A stretch of DNA of 43,268 nucleotides, counting the filler, from Jimgerdemannia flammicorona (taxonomy: Eukaryota), in assembly GCA_003990765.1 (NCBI GenBank). It is 2 parts of 2 records of this genome, joined end to end, with 100 filler letters (N's around TTAATTAATTAA, not from the genome) between each part and the next. Parts side by side here need not be neighbours in the genome. Positions count along the whole stretch, not along the records: positions 1 to 21,592 come from RBNJ01001424.1; positions 21,693 to 43,268 come from RBNJ01001425.1. One strand, written 5' to 3'. The position numbers and the translations under genes were made by a program. The notes beneath the pieces are model-generated. The model was given only the letters and a program-made list of their open reading frames with translations, had not been told where the DNA came from and made no database searches. Below, one piece after another: positions 13,320 to 24,770 of this stretch; position 1 is the first letter of the stretch; every line of letters begins with the position of its first letter.

Positions 13320-15260
13320 GACATTCTTGGGGTTCTTCTTCTCTGGACCTTCTCCAATAATAGTAATGTTCTGGTTACTGGGTTCACCTATTTTGTTCTT
13401 CTTCTCAGGGCATCTGAATGAGATGTGTCCTGTCTTCTTACAGAGATGAAGCACAATCCTTTTTCATGAAGCTGCTTCTTTTCATCCTTAGTGGGAGGTC
13501 TGGGTCCTCTGGGATTTCACAGGTTCCTTTGATTATTCCTTTGATCATATCTTTGATCATTCCTTTGATCATTTCTCCTGGTAGGATTCCTCCTATCTTG
13601 GTTATCCTTCTTGTATTCTTGATTTCGTGGAGCTTGTGCAGCAAGGATTTTGCGAGCTCTTCTTTGTACTTGGGCAAAGCACCATGAGTAGTGGGGGCAT
13701 CTCTGGGGAAGACCTTGTTTCTTGATCTTCTAGGTGAGCTAGTCTGGTAGGGCTGCAAAAAGATGGTTGGCTCTGGTGCCATTGATGGCCAAATTGTTCT
13801 CCTGATAGATAAGTCCAACAGTTTTGAGGTAGGCATCCATTCTGGTGGTAAAGGTCTCTAGATCTTCTTCACTGTTCTTATAGAACTTCATCTGGGACAG
13901 TTTGTTCCAAGTTTCTTGTATGTAGGCTGCATTTTGGAATTTGGTCAGTAGTAAGGCCTTGAGTTCTGAGCCTGCTTCATAGTTATCCCAACCTGGTCTA
14001 TTGTTGGCAGGTACTTGTCTATTAACTTGAGGGCAGGCTTCCCAGGTTACTGTGTGTTGTTCTAAGGTTCGCCAGAATTTGGCTGCTGTTCCAGTGAAGA
14101 ATGTGGCTACTGTTTCTACTTGTGCTGCTGATGTGGCAAACAGCTGTTGGAGGGTGCTGTTCTGGTTGTTTGTGAGCATTCCTATAGACACTCAGTTGTT
14201 ATTCCATTGGTTTGCTTGGTAGCCTGTGTCAACTGTATTGATGAAGTTTTTGATGTCACTGTTTTTTTCACTGAATGTTAAGATTCACAGAGTCTTGGTT
14301 GGTTTGTTCTATTCAGCAATCTGTTCTACTATCTCTGCTAGTACTACTAGCTGGGTAGTCAGTGCTGCAATATTGATATCTACTATTGTATTGACTATTA
14401 GTAGTGGGCCTGTAGGGGTAGATTCTCCTGAAGATTGTTCTGCTTGGTGGGGTTATGGTGCTGTATGACTTGGGGTTACTTGATTCCTGAATATCAAGTC
14501 AAAGAGTCCTGTGAGAGAGGGTAAACCAAACCTCTGTATGGGTGGCTGAGTTGGTTCTGGGGTCTGTTCTTCTTGACCTATGATTCCTTGATAAATTCCT
14601 AGGCCTGCTGTTCCTAGTTGACTATCATCAGACTGGTAACCTGTAGAGTCTTCATCTGACTCCCTTTCCTGATGAGATAGTGTGTCCTCATACTGACTAG
14701 GTCCTTCAAAGAGGATATCAGTCTCTGGCTGGATAGATGGGTCTACTTCTTATTCAGCAGTAGGGGATGGTTGGCCTGCTTGCTTGTTCTTATACCTAGT
14801 TATAGCAGAGGCATAGTATACAACTAGCCTGTAGTAAAGGAAGGTCTTGGTAGGGGTATGATGATATCTGTCAGAGGCAATCCACTCAGCAGCTGCTTCC
14901 TTTGCAGCAGAGAGTGTGATATAATCTAGAAAATCCTAGGTGGCTGCAGCAGTAGATTCTGGGGTCCTAGTGGTTCCAATGTGTCCTCGGAGGAGTTTAT
15001 AGAACCTATGGTGGCTGACAATATTCCTAAGTCCTGGGTGGTATGTCCTAAAGGCCTGGTATAGATCCTTATAAGCCTGGTCAATTACAAGCTGGTGGGT
15101 CCTTAGATCTGTGATTTCCTGGTACCATCTGGTCCTAATGACAAGGGCTTCTCTGGCTCTAGTTTGAGGATCTACAGTTGGTTCTGGGAGTTACTCCTGT
15201 CCAAGGTTGGTCTTGTTCCAACTTCTCAGGAGTATGTTCTTTGGTGCCTTCTTGGCTGAT

Positions 15261-15275
15261 AATCCACTGCTACCA
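15261..15275 (-). other. Primer-binding site, probably for initiator tRNA-Met
   Basis: TGGTAGCAGTGGATT lies 3 nt inside the 5' LTR. TGGTAGC is complementary to the GCUACCA end typical of eukaryotic tRNA-iMet. Confidence 0.75.
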
Positions 15276-15278
15276 AGT

Positions 15279-16060
15279 TATAATAACTCTCACTTCTACC
15301 CCTCTCTTATCCTTTGGATAATTAGAGAAGTGGACTATTACTTAGAGACTTAGTACACAATGTGTACCAAGAAGCCTTCAGTTTGAGGAAGCACTTGCTT
15401 GTAAGTAGTTGTAGTAGTAGTGCCTTCTGTTTCAAAGGTCTTTCTCTTGTACCCTATTTCAAGGGTCTTGTTCTTTGCTGTGCATAGACTGAATTCACCT
15501 TGGAATTCAGGTTCAATGGATTTACTTAAGTCTTTGGGGATTTATATACTGGTCTCAGTTCTGGCAGAAGTTAGCTAGGCTTCTGGAGTTTAGTCAAAAA
15601 CACTAGAGTCACTTAGGTGTCATTACTAAGACTCAGGGGAATGTGTATGTGTGGGGGAGACTTGATTCTTATATCAAGGACTGAACTAAAACTGCTTTAT
15701 TTCAGATGGAAACTGGGGAGTATTTATACAAGTTGGTCTGCAATTTCTAACTAAGTATGAGTGACTAATTTGGTAACTATAATGAGGTTTATGATTATGA
15801 CCTTTGTCAGGTAGTTTTTGGCAAAAACAACTTTGTGATCAGGACCTCAATTATTAGGCAATGATCAACTGCTGTGGCAACAGTTGCTGTGGTGCCAATT
15901 GTTGGGGATAAGCTGAATATTGTTTTCCGTGTCATTTTGCATCATTTGTCATTCGTAATTCATATATTGTGCTTCGTTTGTATGATGACGTCATCGCCGC
16001 TGGGTCACGTGATCACTCGTCTCATCGCATCCCATCTGTTCACTTGTTCATTCTATTACA
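15279..16060 (-). repeat. 5' LTR (782 bp)
   Basis: Direct repeat of 6928-7698. Differences are almost all transitions plus a ~10-bp indel near 15822. Confidence 0.95.
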
Positions 16061-16074
16061 GTAGTGCTCTGCAA

Positions 16075-16430
16075 ACCCAACCCGATTAACCTGAAACCTA
16101 ACCCATAAAACAGCCAACCCAGAATTAGACATCACTCATCTTTAACCCAACCTGGAATTATACATTACCTGTCTTTAACCTGATCTGGAATTATACATCA
16201 CCCATCTTTAACCTGACCCAGAATTATATATCACCTGTCTTTAACCTGACCCAGAAAGATATATTACCCATCTTTAACCTGACTTGGAATTAAACATAAC
16301 CCATATTTAACCTGATCTGGAAATATATGTCACCCAACCTGTTATTTATTCTTAACCCAAACCTGAACCCAACCCCTGAACCCAACTCTGAACCCAATCT
16401 CTGAACCTGACCCTGAACCTGACCCTCTCT
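16075..16430. repeat. hAT subterminal arrays (~33-bp ACCCATCTTTAACCTGACCCAGAATTATATATC units, then GAACCC/AACCTGA units)
   Basis: About seven degenerate ~33-bp units visible at 16100-16340, followed by short AACCC repeats. Confidence 0.8.
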
Positions 16431-16479
16431 GAAAAAATGATTTGGAAAATATTTAGATAATATTCAGAGCAATTGAAAG

Positions 16480-18550
16480 TGAAAAATATCTGAAGACCAC
16501 TAAGAATCCAAATATATATATGTACGAATTGTATTTATATACAAGCTGTTTCAATGTTCAGTCACTAGCTCACCAGCAATAGAAAAAATATGTTCAGATA
16601 GAACAGATGTTGCCAAAATAGCAAGATAATCATGAGCCATTCATGAAAAATTAGGATATACCAACTGATTTTGCTGCCACCAATTCAGTATATCTATATG
16701 AGGATTAGCTAGATTTTCTGACAAATAACTGAAATAGAGAAATATGAGTGAAAATTAACCAAGCCAACCAAAAAACATAAAAACAACACCCACTATTCAA
16801 GCTCATCATCCACATTGATACGCTGTTTCTTCTCATATATTGAGTTGATAAAATCATTGACATCACAAGATATTGAGGGTATAATGACAGCATTAACAGA
16901 CTTATACTCCTTTTTCCAGATATGTTCCATCTGATTCTTCCATTCATCAATTAAGGATTTTTTCCATTGCTTATAATGGAAATAATATATGTTGATATAT
17001 AGATCTAAGGCTGAAGCTATGCTGTATAATGGTGTCATCTTGCAGTAATACTTTAGAAGTTTCATATATACATTCTCAGTAGCAGTAAGCATTATCTATA
17101 AAAAATAAAAATATACACATATTACTTCCCAATTACTTACTAAATTAGTTCCTAAATTCACAAATAAAATTACTTTCAAAATCATATATATATCTGATTA
17201 AAATGTTCACCAGTTTGATATATATTAATGACATCTTTGAGGTGATCACATAGCCAATTAAATAGTGAGATAACAGCTGCTATTATAGGATACTTCAAAG
17301 CTGACATCATAGTTGTCACTTTGGCAAAAGGCTCGAGAAATTGGCAAATCAATTCAAATTATTACCATGTATCTTCAGATATATTGCTCATTTGCTTATT
17401 CATGGTACACAATATATCTAAGCTCTATTTGGATATAATATCAATTTATTTAGTATCAAAATACTTCTGAATTGTATTCTAAAATCTATACAAATAGATT
17501 CAAAATCTTACCTTACAAATCTCCAGAACACATGCTAACATTTTATATATAGAACTCCATCTTGTCATAACATCTAAGAGAGGCTTCAAAATGGGAATTC
17601 CGGAAGATTCACAGATCTTCATCAGTTGTGCTTGTCATTGCGCTGAATTTTTGATCTTCTTTATTAACTCCCATAGCTTTCCAATGGGCTCCCTAAGAGA
17701 ACTAAGAGTATCATGAATGATGAGATTCAACATATATCCAAAACAGCATATATGAGCGAGCAGATGATAGAGATTCTCAAACAGAGTATTATTGTTACTA
17801 GCATTATCACACACAATAGCAATGATTTGATTGTCACTAGGCAATAAATCATCTATTACCAGCTCCAGACTTTTCACAAGATTGGTACCCATATGTGTTA
17901 TTTTGCTGATATTTACAAAGTTTAAGATAATGTCATATATCTTTCAATCACTGTCAATCCAATAGGCTGTTATTCTAAGGAAGACCTTGATGTTAACATC
18001 TGATGTCCAATAATCAAGTGTAAGTGACATCTTTGACTTGAGCCCTACTAGCTTTGCTTTTACTTGAGTCTGCAATAATTTGAATTCCTTTTTAATAACT
18101 CACGAAATTGTATCAGCTGATGGAAGGGCCAGATCAGAGTATAATATGTGAAGGAGATACTTGAAGCTAGCATTTTCAATAGTAGAGAATGGCTGATATT
18201 CAGTGACAATGAAGTTGGTAATTAACTGATGGAAATTTTCATCACTTAAAGTCTTGCTAGTGTGTTCCTATTTGTAATAATAAAATTTGATGAATTATTT
18301 TTCTAATAATCTAAGTACTTTCCAAATTCCATTCTATCCATACTCACAATATCATCTTTCTTAGACCAGCAAGGATTCTCAGCATGCTGGAGAGATAAGA
18401 GCATGGTATTGTGATGCTTCAAGAGATGTCATTTAAGATTATTAATATTACCATCCTTTGATATATAGCTCTAAGTCATACAATAGTTGTAACTGATGAG
18501 CTTACTTTGTAAATTCTATTTGAATAGAGAGATATGAGACTATATTAGAA
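16480..18550 (-). pseudogene. hAT transposase (BED finger, DDE core, dimerisation domain) with introns
   Basis: NNLK*HLLKHH (BED), QPFSTIEN, SLTLDYWTS, IVCDNASNN, HICCFGYMLNL, DVMTRWSSIYKML, FLEPF, ILNWWQQNQLVYP...MAHDYLAILATSVLSEHIFS. Confidence 0.93.
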
Positions 18551-19160
18551 TCTCAACCACTTACAACTGACCACTCACCCTTATGACTGATGAGACCAAT
18601 CACCTCTATGAATGCAACCATTAGTACAATGTATAAAACTACCTTTGTGGTATGATTCCTCACCCAGCTATCACCAGATTTTGTTTTTATTTTTATTTTC
18701 ATACTCATTGGTGATATTGAGCTGATGGAGATATCTGATATATCCTCCAATATATTCTCCAATATATCATCTGACAGTTCCAAGATTTCTCCTAAATACT
18801 TCTTGATCTTTAGACATTTCAAATATTTGATAATGGTGGGGACTGGGAGCTTGAGTGGGAGGCCGAGAGCTGGAAAGTGGCTAGGAAGTGGTGAGCTAGA
18901 GAGTGGCGAACTGGGAAACAAGCTGGAGGGACAGTGAACTAGGGGGCAGGGAGTTGGGAGGAGGTGGCAAGTGGCAGGAAAAGCCAGGAACTGTGGGGTC
19001 TGAAACAGGAGTTAGTGAGCTGGGGGGCAGCAAGAGAGAGAGCAGTGAGGTGGCATATGATAGCCAATGATCGATTGTAGACAGAGGATGAATGAATAAA
19101 TATACATAGATGGTGAACTGGTACCCATCATATAACTGCAAACAGCAAACATACTTTGGA

Positions 19161-19854
19161 GATTCAGCATATTCTGTATTGAGCAAGGTTTGCAATGACA
19201 TTTGAGCAAGGTTTGTAGTATATTAGAGCGAGATTTGCAGTGAGGTTTGAGCAAGATTTGCAAGTAAGATTAAAGCGAGATTTGCAAGTGAGATTTGCAT
19301 ATAAGATTAAAGTGAGATTTGCAAGCAAGATTTGTATATAAGATTAAAGTGAGATTTGCATAAGTCAGGCTTTGCAAGCTTTGTACTTGCAAGCCTAGAC
19401 AAGCTTAGTCACAAGCTGATATGATGTATATATAAGCTGATATTATGTAATATCAGCTATTGGCTAAGCTTGCAAGTGCAAGGCTTGCAAAGCCTGGCTT
19501 ATGCAAATCTTACTTGCAAATCTCACTTGAACCTCACTGTAAATCTCACTGCAAATCTCACTCAAACACACCACAAACCTCACTCAAACATCATTGCAAA
19601 CCTTGCTCAATTGGGGCTTATACAGAACTCACTGAATCATGTAGAGAGGAGTGGAATGCAGTGAGGAAAGCTCTGGATTGCAAGTATAGGCATAAGCACA
19701 AGCTTTGCTCCACTCAGTCTGACAAGCTGATAATAAGCTGATATTATATGATATCAGCTATCAGCTGAGTGGAGCAAAGCCTACACTTGCACTTATGCTT
19801 ACACTTATGCTTGCAATCCAGAGCTTTCCTCACTATATTCCACTTCTCTTACAT
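19161..19854. repeat. Two abutting long inverted repeats (19161-19638 and 19639-19854) sharing a central AGCTGATATTA-nn-TAATATCAGCT core
   Basis: The arms were matched by eye as reverse complements: GATTCAGCATATTCTGTAT / ATACAGAACTCACTGAATC and GAGGAAAGCTCTGGATTGCAAG / CTTGCAATCCAGAGCTTTCCTC. Confidence 0.9.
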
Positions 19855-19959
19855 TCTACTCCTCTTGCATTCTACTCCTCTTGCATAACCCTCATATATT
19901 TCTCCATCTCCCTCACCCTCATTCCTCAGATTGCAAACAATATGTAATTTAGAAATAGG

Positions 19960-20062
19960 TTTCAAAAGAGATTTTGAAGAGATTCTGAAAGAGATTTCAA
20001 AGAGATTCAGAAAGAGCTTCTAAAAGAGATTTCAGAGAGATTCCAAAAGAGCTTCTGAAAGA
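19960..20062 (+). repeat. 11-bp minisatellite (AAAGAGATTTC consensus), ~9 copies
   Basis: AAAGAGATTTT GAAGAGATTCT GAAAGAGATTTC AAAGAGATTC... read directly. Confidence 0.8.
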
Positions 20063-20195
20063 TGTTATAGCTTTTGAACATTTAAGATATCAAAAGCTTA
20101 CTTTTGCCTCTCATTCTTTTTGCCTTGTCCTTCACTTTGCCTCATCCTTCGCTTTGCCTCACTTAATTCACTACTATATTGAGAAAATGTAGATA

Positions 20196-21592
20196 CAGTG
20201 AGAGACAAAAATGGGCCAATGTTATATAATTTTCACTTTATAAATTTATTATAATTTAAATATAAATATTATTAAATTGATATTTTAACCAATAATTAAG
20301 TAATTATTTATCTTTTAGAAAATATATAATTTATCTATATTTGGTTAATTAATTATATTGTTATTACTATTTAAAGTTAAATTAATCATTGGCCCATTTT
20401 TGTCTCTCACCATTGTCTTGACATTCTTTATACCATAATTCATTTAATAATAATGCTAAATAAATAAAACTTTTTCCACATATTTATTTGTATATTCTCT
20501 CACTGTTCGCACCATTTTTTTCAAAAAAATGAAAAAAACTCTCCACCGATATCTGTAACTGTATTGTCAGGGAATTGAACTCTGGCAAAACCACCCAAAC
20601 CATTGCTCAACAAATAGGAGTCGGTCCAAGAACCATAAAACATATATGAAAGGAGTACATGGATGTCAACAACATTAAGCTTACAAAACAAGGTTGCCCA
20701 TGTAAGCTTTCTGCTCAAGATGAGGCATGGGTTGTATATCAAATAATGATGGGCAAGGCAGACAATGCTACCCAAGTCATGAAAGTGCTTCAAGAACATG
20801 AAGATGATGAAGACAGCAAAATGGGCTTTGACATTAGCCCTAAGACAGTATGCCGAATGCTGCAAAAAGTGGGCCTTTGTGCAATGGTGAAGAAGAAGAA
20901 GCCATATTTGCTCCCATGCCATATTAAAGTATGGTATGAATTTGCCATTTGACATAAGGATTGGACAGTCGATGACTGGAAATGGGTTATCTACTTGGAC
21001 AAGACAAAGATAAACTGTTTGGAATTGGACAGACATTCCTGGGTCTGGAAAAAGCTAGGAAAAATGCTTGAGCCACATTACATGAGCAGCACCATCAAAT
21101 TCAGAGGTGGTTTGGTGATGGTTTGGGGATGTATGACATACTGTGGCATCGGATATGCATGCCGAATCGTCGATTGGATGAATGCAGAGCTCTACACCAG
21201 TATCCTTGATGATGAATTGCAAGAAACCATCAAGTATTATGGCATGAATAAAAAAAAATTGATATTTCAGCAAGATGGTAATTCCAAGCATATATCTAAG
21301 ATGGCAAAGAAATGGTTTTCTGATCACAAAATTTGTTTATTATAGTGGCCTGCACAATCACCAGATCTTAACCCCATTGAACATCTTTGGTGGCATCTAA
21401 AGAGAAGGCTGAATTCTTATGAGGAAGCACCCAGAGGAATTGAAGAACTTTGAGAGAGAGTTGAAAAAGAATGGAATGATATTCCAGAAGATGTTTGTAT
21501 TAATTTAATAGATAGTATGCCTAGGAGAGTTGTAGCTGTCTATAAGGCAAAAGGTGGTTATGTAAAATATTGATTTTTTTTTTTTTTTTTTT
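20196..21592 (+). mobile_element. Tc1/mariner (DD34E) transposon; right TIR lost at the contig end
   Basis: TA + CAGTGAGAGACAAAAATGGGCCAATG left TIR (TA at 20194-20195), followed by a Tc1 transposase. Confidence 0.92.
20529..21573 (+). pseudogene. Tc1 transposase, DD34E, with stops and one early frameshift
   Basis: HTH region, KKPYL, WTVDDWKWVIYLDKTKIN, GGLVMVWGC, FQQDGNSKH...[15 protein letters not shown] (34 residues between D and E), SMPRRVVAVYKAKGGYVKY*. Confidence 0.95.
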
Positions 21593-21692
21593 NNNNNNNN
21601 NNNNNNNNNNNNNNNNNNNNNNNNNNNNNNNNNNNNTTAATTAATTAANNNNNNNNNNNNNNNNNNNNNNNNNNNNNNNNNNNNNNNNNNNN
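21593..21692. other. Artificial contig spacer (44 N + TTAATTAATTAA + 44 N)
   Basis: Exactly 100 bp, symmetrical, with a six-frame-stop 12-mer in the middle. Confidence 0.95.
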
Positions 21693-24600
21693 GCCTTCGG
21701 GTGGCTCCGAAGAGAAAAAAGAGGCACGCCGACTCTAGAGGTAAGGAGTGCGGTAGGTCCACCGCGCGGGACGAGCAAATACGCGCGGGTGGCGAGTTGG
21801 GAAGGCGACGACCATACGCGTGAAGTTCGAGTATAAAAGTCAGTAGGCCACTTTCCAATTCCGAATTCTGTTGTCGTTGGTTTTTGAGTTTGACACCCGT
21901 TTGGAATACTCTTTCTAACAAACTTTGGCCGGCGCCATGCGCTGCGCCGGTCTTGGTAGCTCTTAAGCCAACTGATGAGCCCCTTGAGCAAGGGCGAAAC
22001 CGGTCCATAGTATCCGAGCAGATTACTGTTGTCAAGTACGCAGCCAAATTTTATGAAGATATGTAAACTTTATAATTTATTATAAAATATAATAAAATAA
22101 TAAAAAAGTGAAGTGAACGATAACACGTGTCCCTGGGTTTAACGAAAACCGACGTGTCCTACGATTGTATGGTCCACTTTTCCGCGATCTCTCTTCATTC
22201 CGTAGTCTATTGTCATTCTCAGCAGGTTTTCGCTCACAATCACGCTACCAACCGTATGAAATGTGGCAAGTTGTAACACCTATCACCAAGTTCGAAGACC
22301 ACGACCGTGTCCGAAGATCTGAAGACCATGACCGCAACCGAACCGAACAACAACTCACTCCCCCAATGCGTCACCTTCCTCGGCGTCTCCCTCACCAGCG
22401 TCCCGCCGGGATTCGCGAGCTCGGATTCAGCATAATGTCTGGTGGAACCCAATGCGGCGTCCACCCTGAGGGGCGACCGGGCCGTCGGACATACTGGACT
22501 GGGCGCCAGCATGCGTGTCGCGTGAAGCATTCAATGCCCGTCCATAAATCGCCGTTGGAAGGAGTAGAGTAGTTGCATGCCAGCTGCAAGGAGGAACTGT
22601 TCGTCCGTCCCTCCGTGGGCGAGGGGATCGTGAGGAGCCTGCGGTGGTGCGGAATCATCCCACGGCGGCCGCGTGTTTGGCGACGCTTGCGCCTAGGATT
22701 GGGGAGGGGAGATGAGTCTGGAATGAGTTCACTAGAATGATCCAAGCGCAAAATCGTCAAAACACAAACACCCAGGGCCGATAGTCCTTCTCTCTTTTCT
22801 GTTTGCCGACCTTGCAATCTCTCTCCCTATCCTTTTGAAGTTCTCAATAAATGGCCAGACGTGACGATGGTTCACGAAGTCAGTACCTAGCAAAAAATGG
22901 ACACACGCATCGTTCATTATCACCTAATTCTTAGCATTTTTTTTTTTTGTTCAACTACGTACAAATATGCGGAAGAGAAGTGTCCTCGTGTGGAGATGTG
23001 GAACACGCGGAGTGAGAGTCAGGAAGGTAAATGGGGTAGGAGAGACGTTGGAGACAAGGTGGACGAAGGAGGTGAGGGGTTGGTGATGTGGAAGTGAAGG
23101 GGGCGTGGAGGGGGGAAACAATAGTGGATACAGGTGCTCCAAATACACAGTCAAGTAGGGAGATCTCTGCGGTTCAATCAAGATCGCATCGTTGCCGACA
23201 TTTTGGCACCCTCTCGTTCTCTGACACACCCTCTCTGTTAGGATGTGCAGCAGTGGTAAATGCATTGTGCTTGATATGTCTTTGGAGAGTTTCACGCTAC
23301 TGTGGGGAGCAGTTCACCACATGAATTTAAAGCCCGAATGTCAGTGTACGAAGCAGCAAACGTACAACTTCAACTTGCACTCACCTTATCGCAGATCCAA
23401 AACTCAGCCATTGTATGGCCGGCTTCTCGACACGCGTACCATCATCCCCCATGAAATAAACATCTGTGTCCATGGCCACGAGCAATTGCTCCTTGCACAT
23501 ATCCTTCTCGTTGTCGTCGAATGTGCTATTTTATTGGAAGACGAGAGTGTAAATGTCATACATAATCCGGAGACAAAAATGTGTTGCAGCCCCCTTAACC
23601 TGCCCGATTGACAAATAACCTAGTACCAAATGCAACATCCGCATCGCCAGCATCCACTTGTTCCAAAAGGCATTGTAGTGCTCTACTCCTTGATATGCTC
23701 CACCATCGCAGCCCCTACCTCATTGTCGTTGTAATTAGCAACATTGATCTGCTTTTTGCATTCGGGAAGCCAACAGCACCAGACGCCATTTTCAGGATTT
23801 TGTTTGTGAGGAACTGCAATGGCGTGGTCGAGAAGAATGGAATGAGTTCACAAAAAATGACGACTTAATTACACACTCATTCCGTCCAAGTCCCTCACGA
23901 ACAGAGCCGACCACATTCCCCCCTCCCCCCTCGAAACCTACTTCCACAAAATGCATATTCTTCGCAGCGTCCGCGTACAATGTATTGTTCTTCAACACAA
24001 GTTGTTGATGGGCCTCCTAGCACTCGACTCAGCGGACTAGGAGTCGAATGCCACATGCTTGATGCCTGACGTTAGCGCTTCAGCAGGGGGTTGAAGAGCC
24101 GACCTTGATGATGGACAGCGGTTTTCTTGACGGCCCGGCATCCGGCTCGACCTCAGCCTCCGTACGTGCGGATGGTTTTTCCTGACTGACGTGGACGGTG
24201 CCTTATTTTCGTTGACGGTTGCGTTTCGGGATTCCGACTCGACATAGCCGTTGCCTGTTTGGTGGGCTTGTCGACGGTTGCCTCGAGGCGTCCTTCCTCG
24301 CCAGCGATAGTGCGCTAGGGGTGCCCTGACATGGACGCCAATGTGTCTGCTTGGGCAGGTTGGCATTTTTCTGGGTCGAGACGCCAGATCCTGATGACGA
24401 TAGCTTGGACGAAGGGTCTGCCACGCTGATTGATTGCCCTTGCGCATCATCCATGGAAAGGCCATTCGTCACACTGGGCATTTGCTACATTGTTCGGGAA
24501 TATAAACGTGAATAATGTTACTCCGTGCCGGCCTTACAGCCATGTCCCTATAGGGCACTGTGCAAGCCCGCTGAATTCTGATGAACTGGACACCTGCTTC

Positions 24601-24770
24601 ACCTGGTTGTCCAGGAAGTGCATGTCGCGCTCAGCGGTGGCAATTGTGATGTTGAAGGTTTTGGCGACTGTGTACGGGAGCACGTTATGTTTCGATTCGA
24701 GATTCAGTTAAAGGCATTGCGTTGGTTCTAATTTTAATAAAGATAACGAAAGCGTTTTCTAAGGACTCAC

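Larger units (their letters stand above)
9200..15240 (-). pseudogene. Gag-dUTPase-Pol polyprotein, interrupted
   Basis: CCHC knuckle CFI-CKKTGHISFRC (~13410-13455); protease LLDSCATENYI (~12505-12535); [11 protein letters not shown] (~11490-11513); RNase H FTLTTDASNIAIGAVLSQ; integrase HDIPAAEHFG and IAMDFIVQLP; chromodomain at the C-terminus. End coordinates are approximate. Confidence 0.95.
6928..16060 (-). mobile_element. Full-length Ty3/Gypsy LTR retrotransposon (chromovirus) carrying a dUTPase; decayed
   Basis: Two ~775-bp LTRs with TGTAATA...TATTACA outer termini and a 5-bp TSD GTAGT (6923-6927 and 16061-16065). Domain order on minus is Gag-CCHC-dUTPase-PR-RT-RH-INT-chromodomain. Confidence 0.97.
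16062..18760 (-). mobile_element. hAT DNA transposon remnant (one terminus + transposase); other terminus not found
   Basis: Probable terminus TAGTGCTCTGCAAACCC, then subterminal AACCC/AACCTGA arrays and an intron-containing hAT transposase. The right boundary is approximate. Confidence 0.8.

Noticed and set aside
16100..16340. ~33-bp periodic array resembling CRISPR
   Set aside because: Units are contiguous with no unique spacers, the context is eukaryotic, and hAT subterminal repeats explain it.
18553..19741. Short ORFs over the purine-rich tract and hairpins
   Set aside because: Low-complexity translations of repeats with no domain motifs.
21637..22047. ORFs running into Ns; TTAATTAATTAA as a biological palindrome
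   Set aside because: Artefact of the assembly spacer.
21693..24720. Exon-like, GC-balanced fragments with splice-like sites
   Set aside because: Probably more decayed gene pieces, but I could not assign a family or show that they are the SKI2 3' half.
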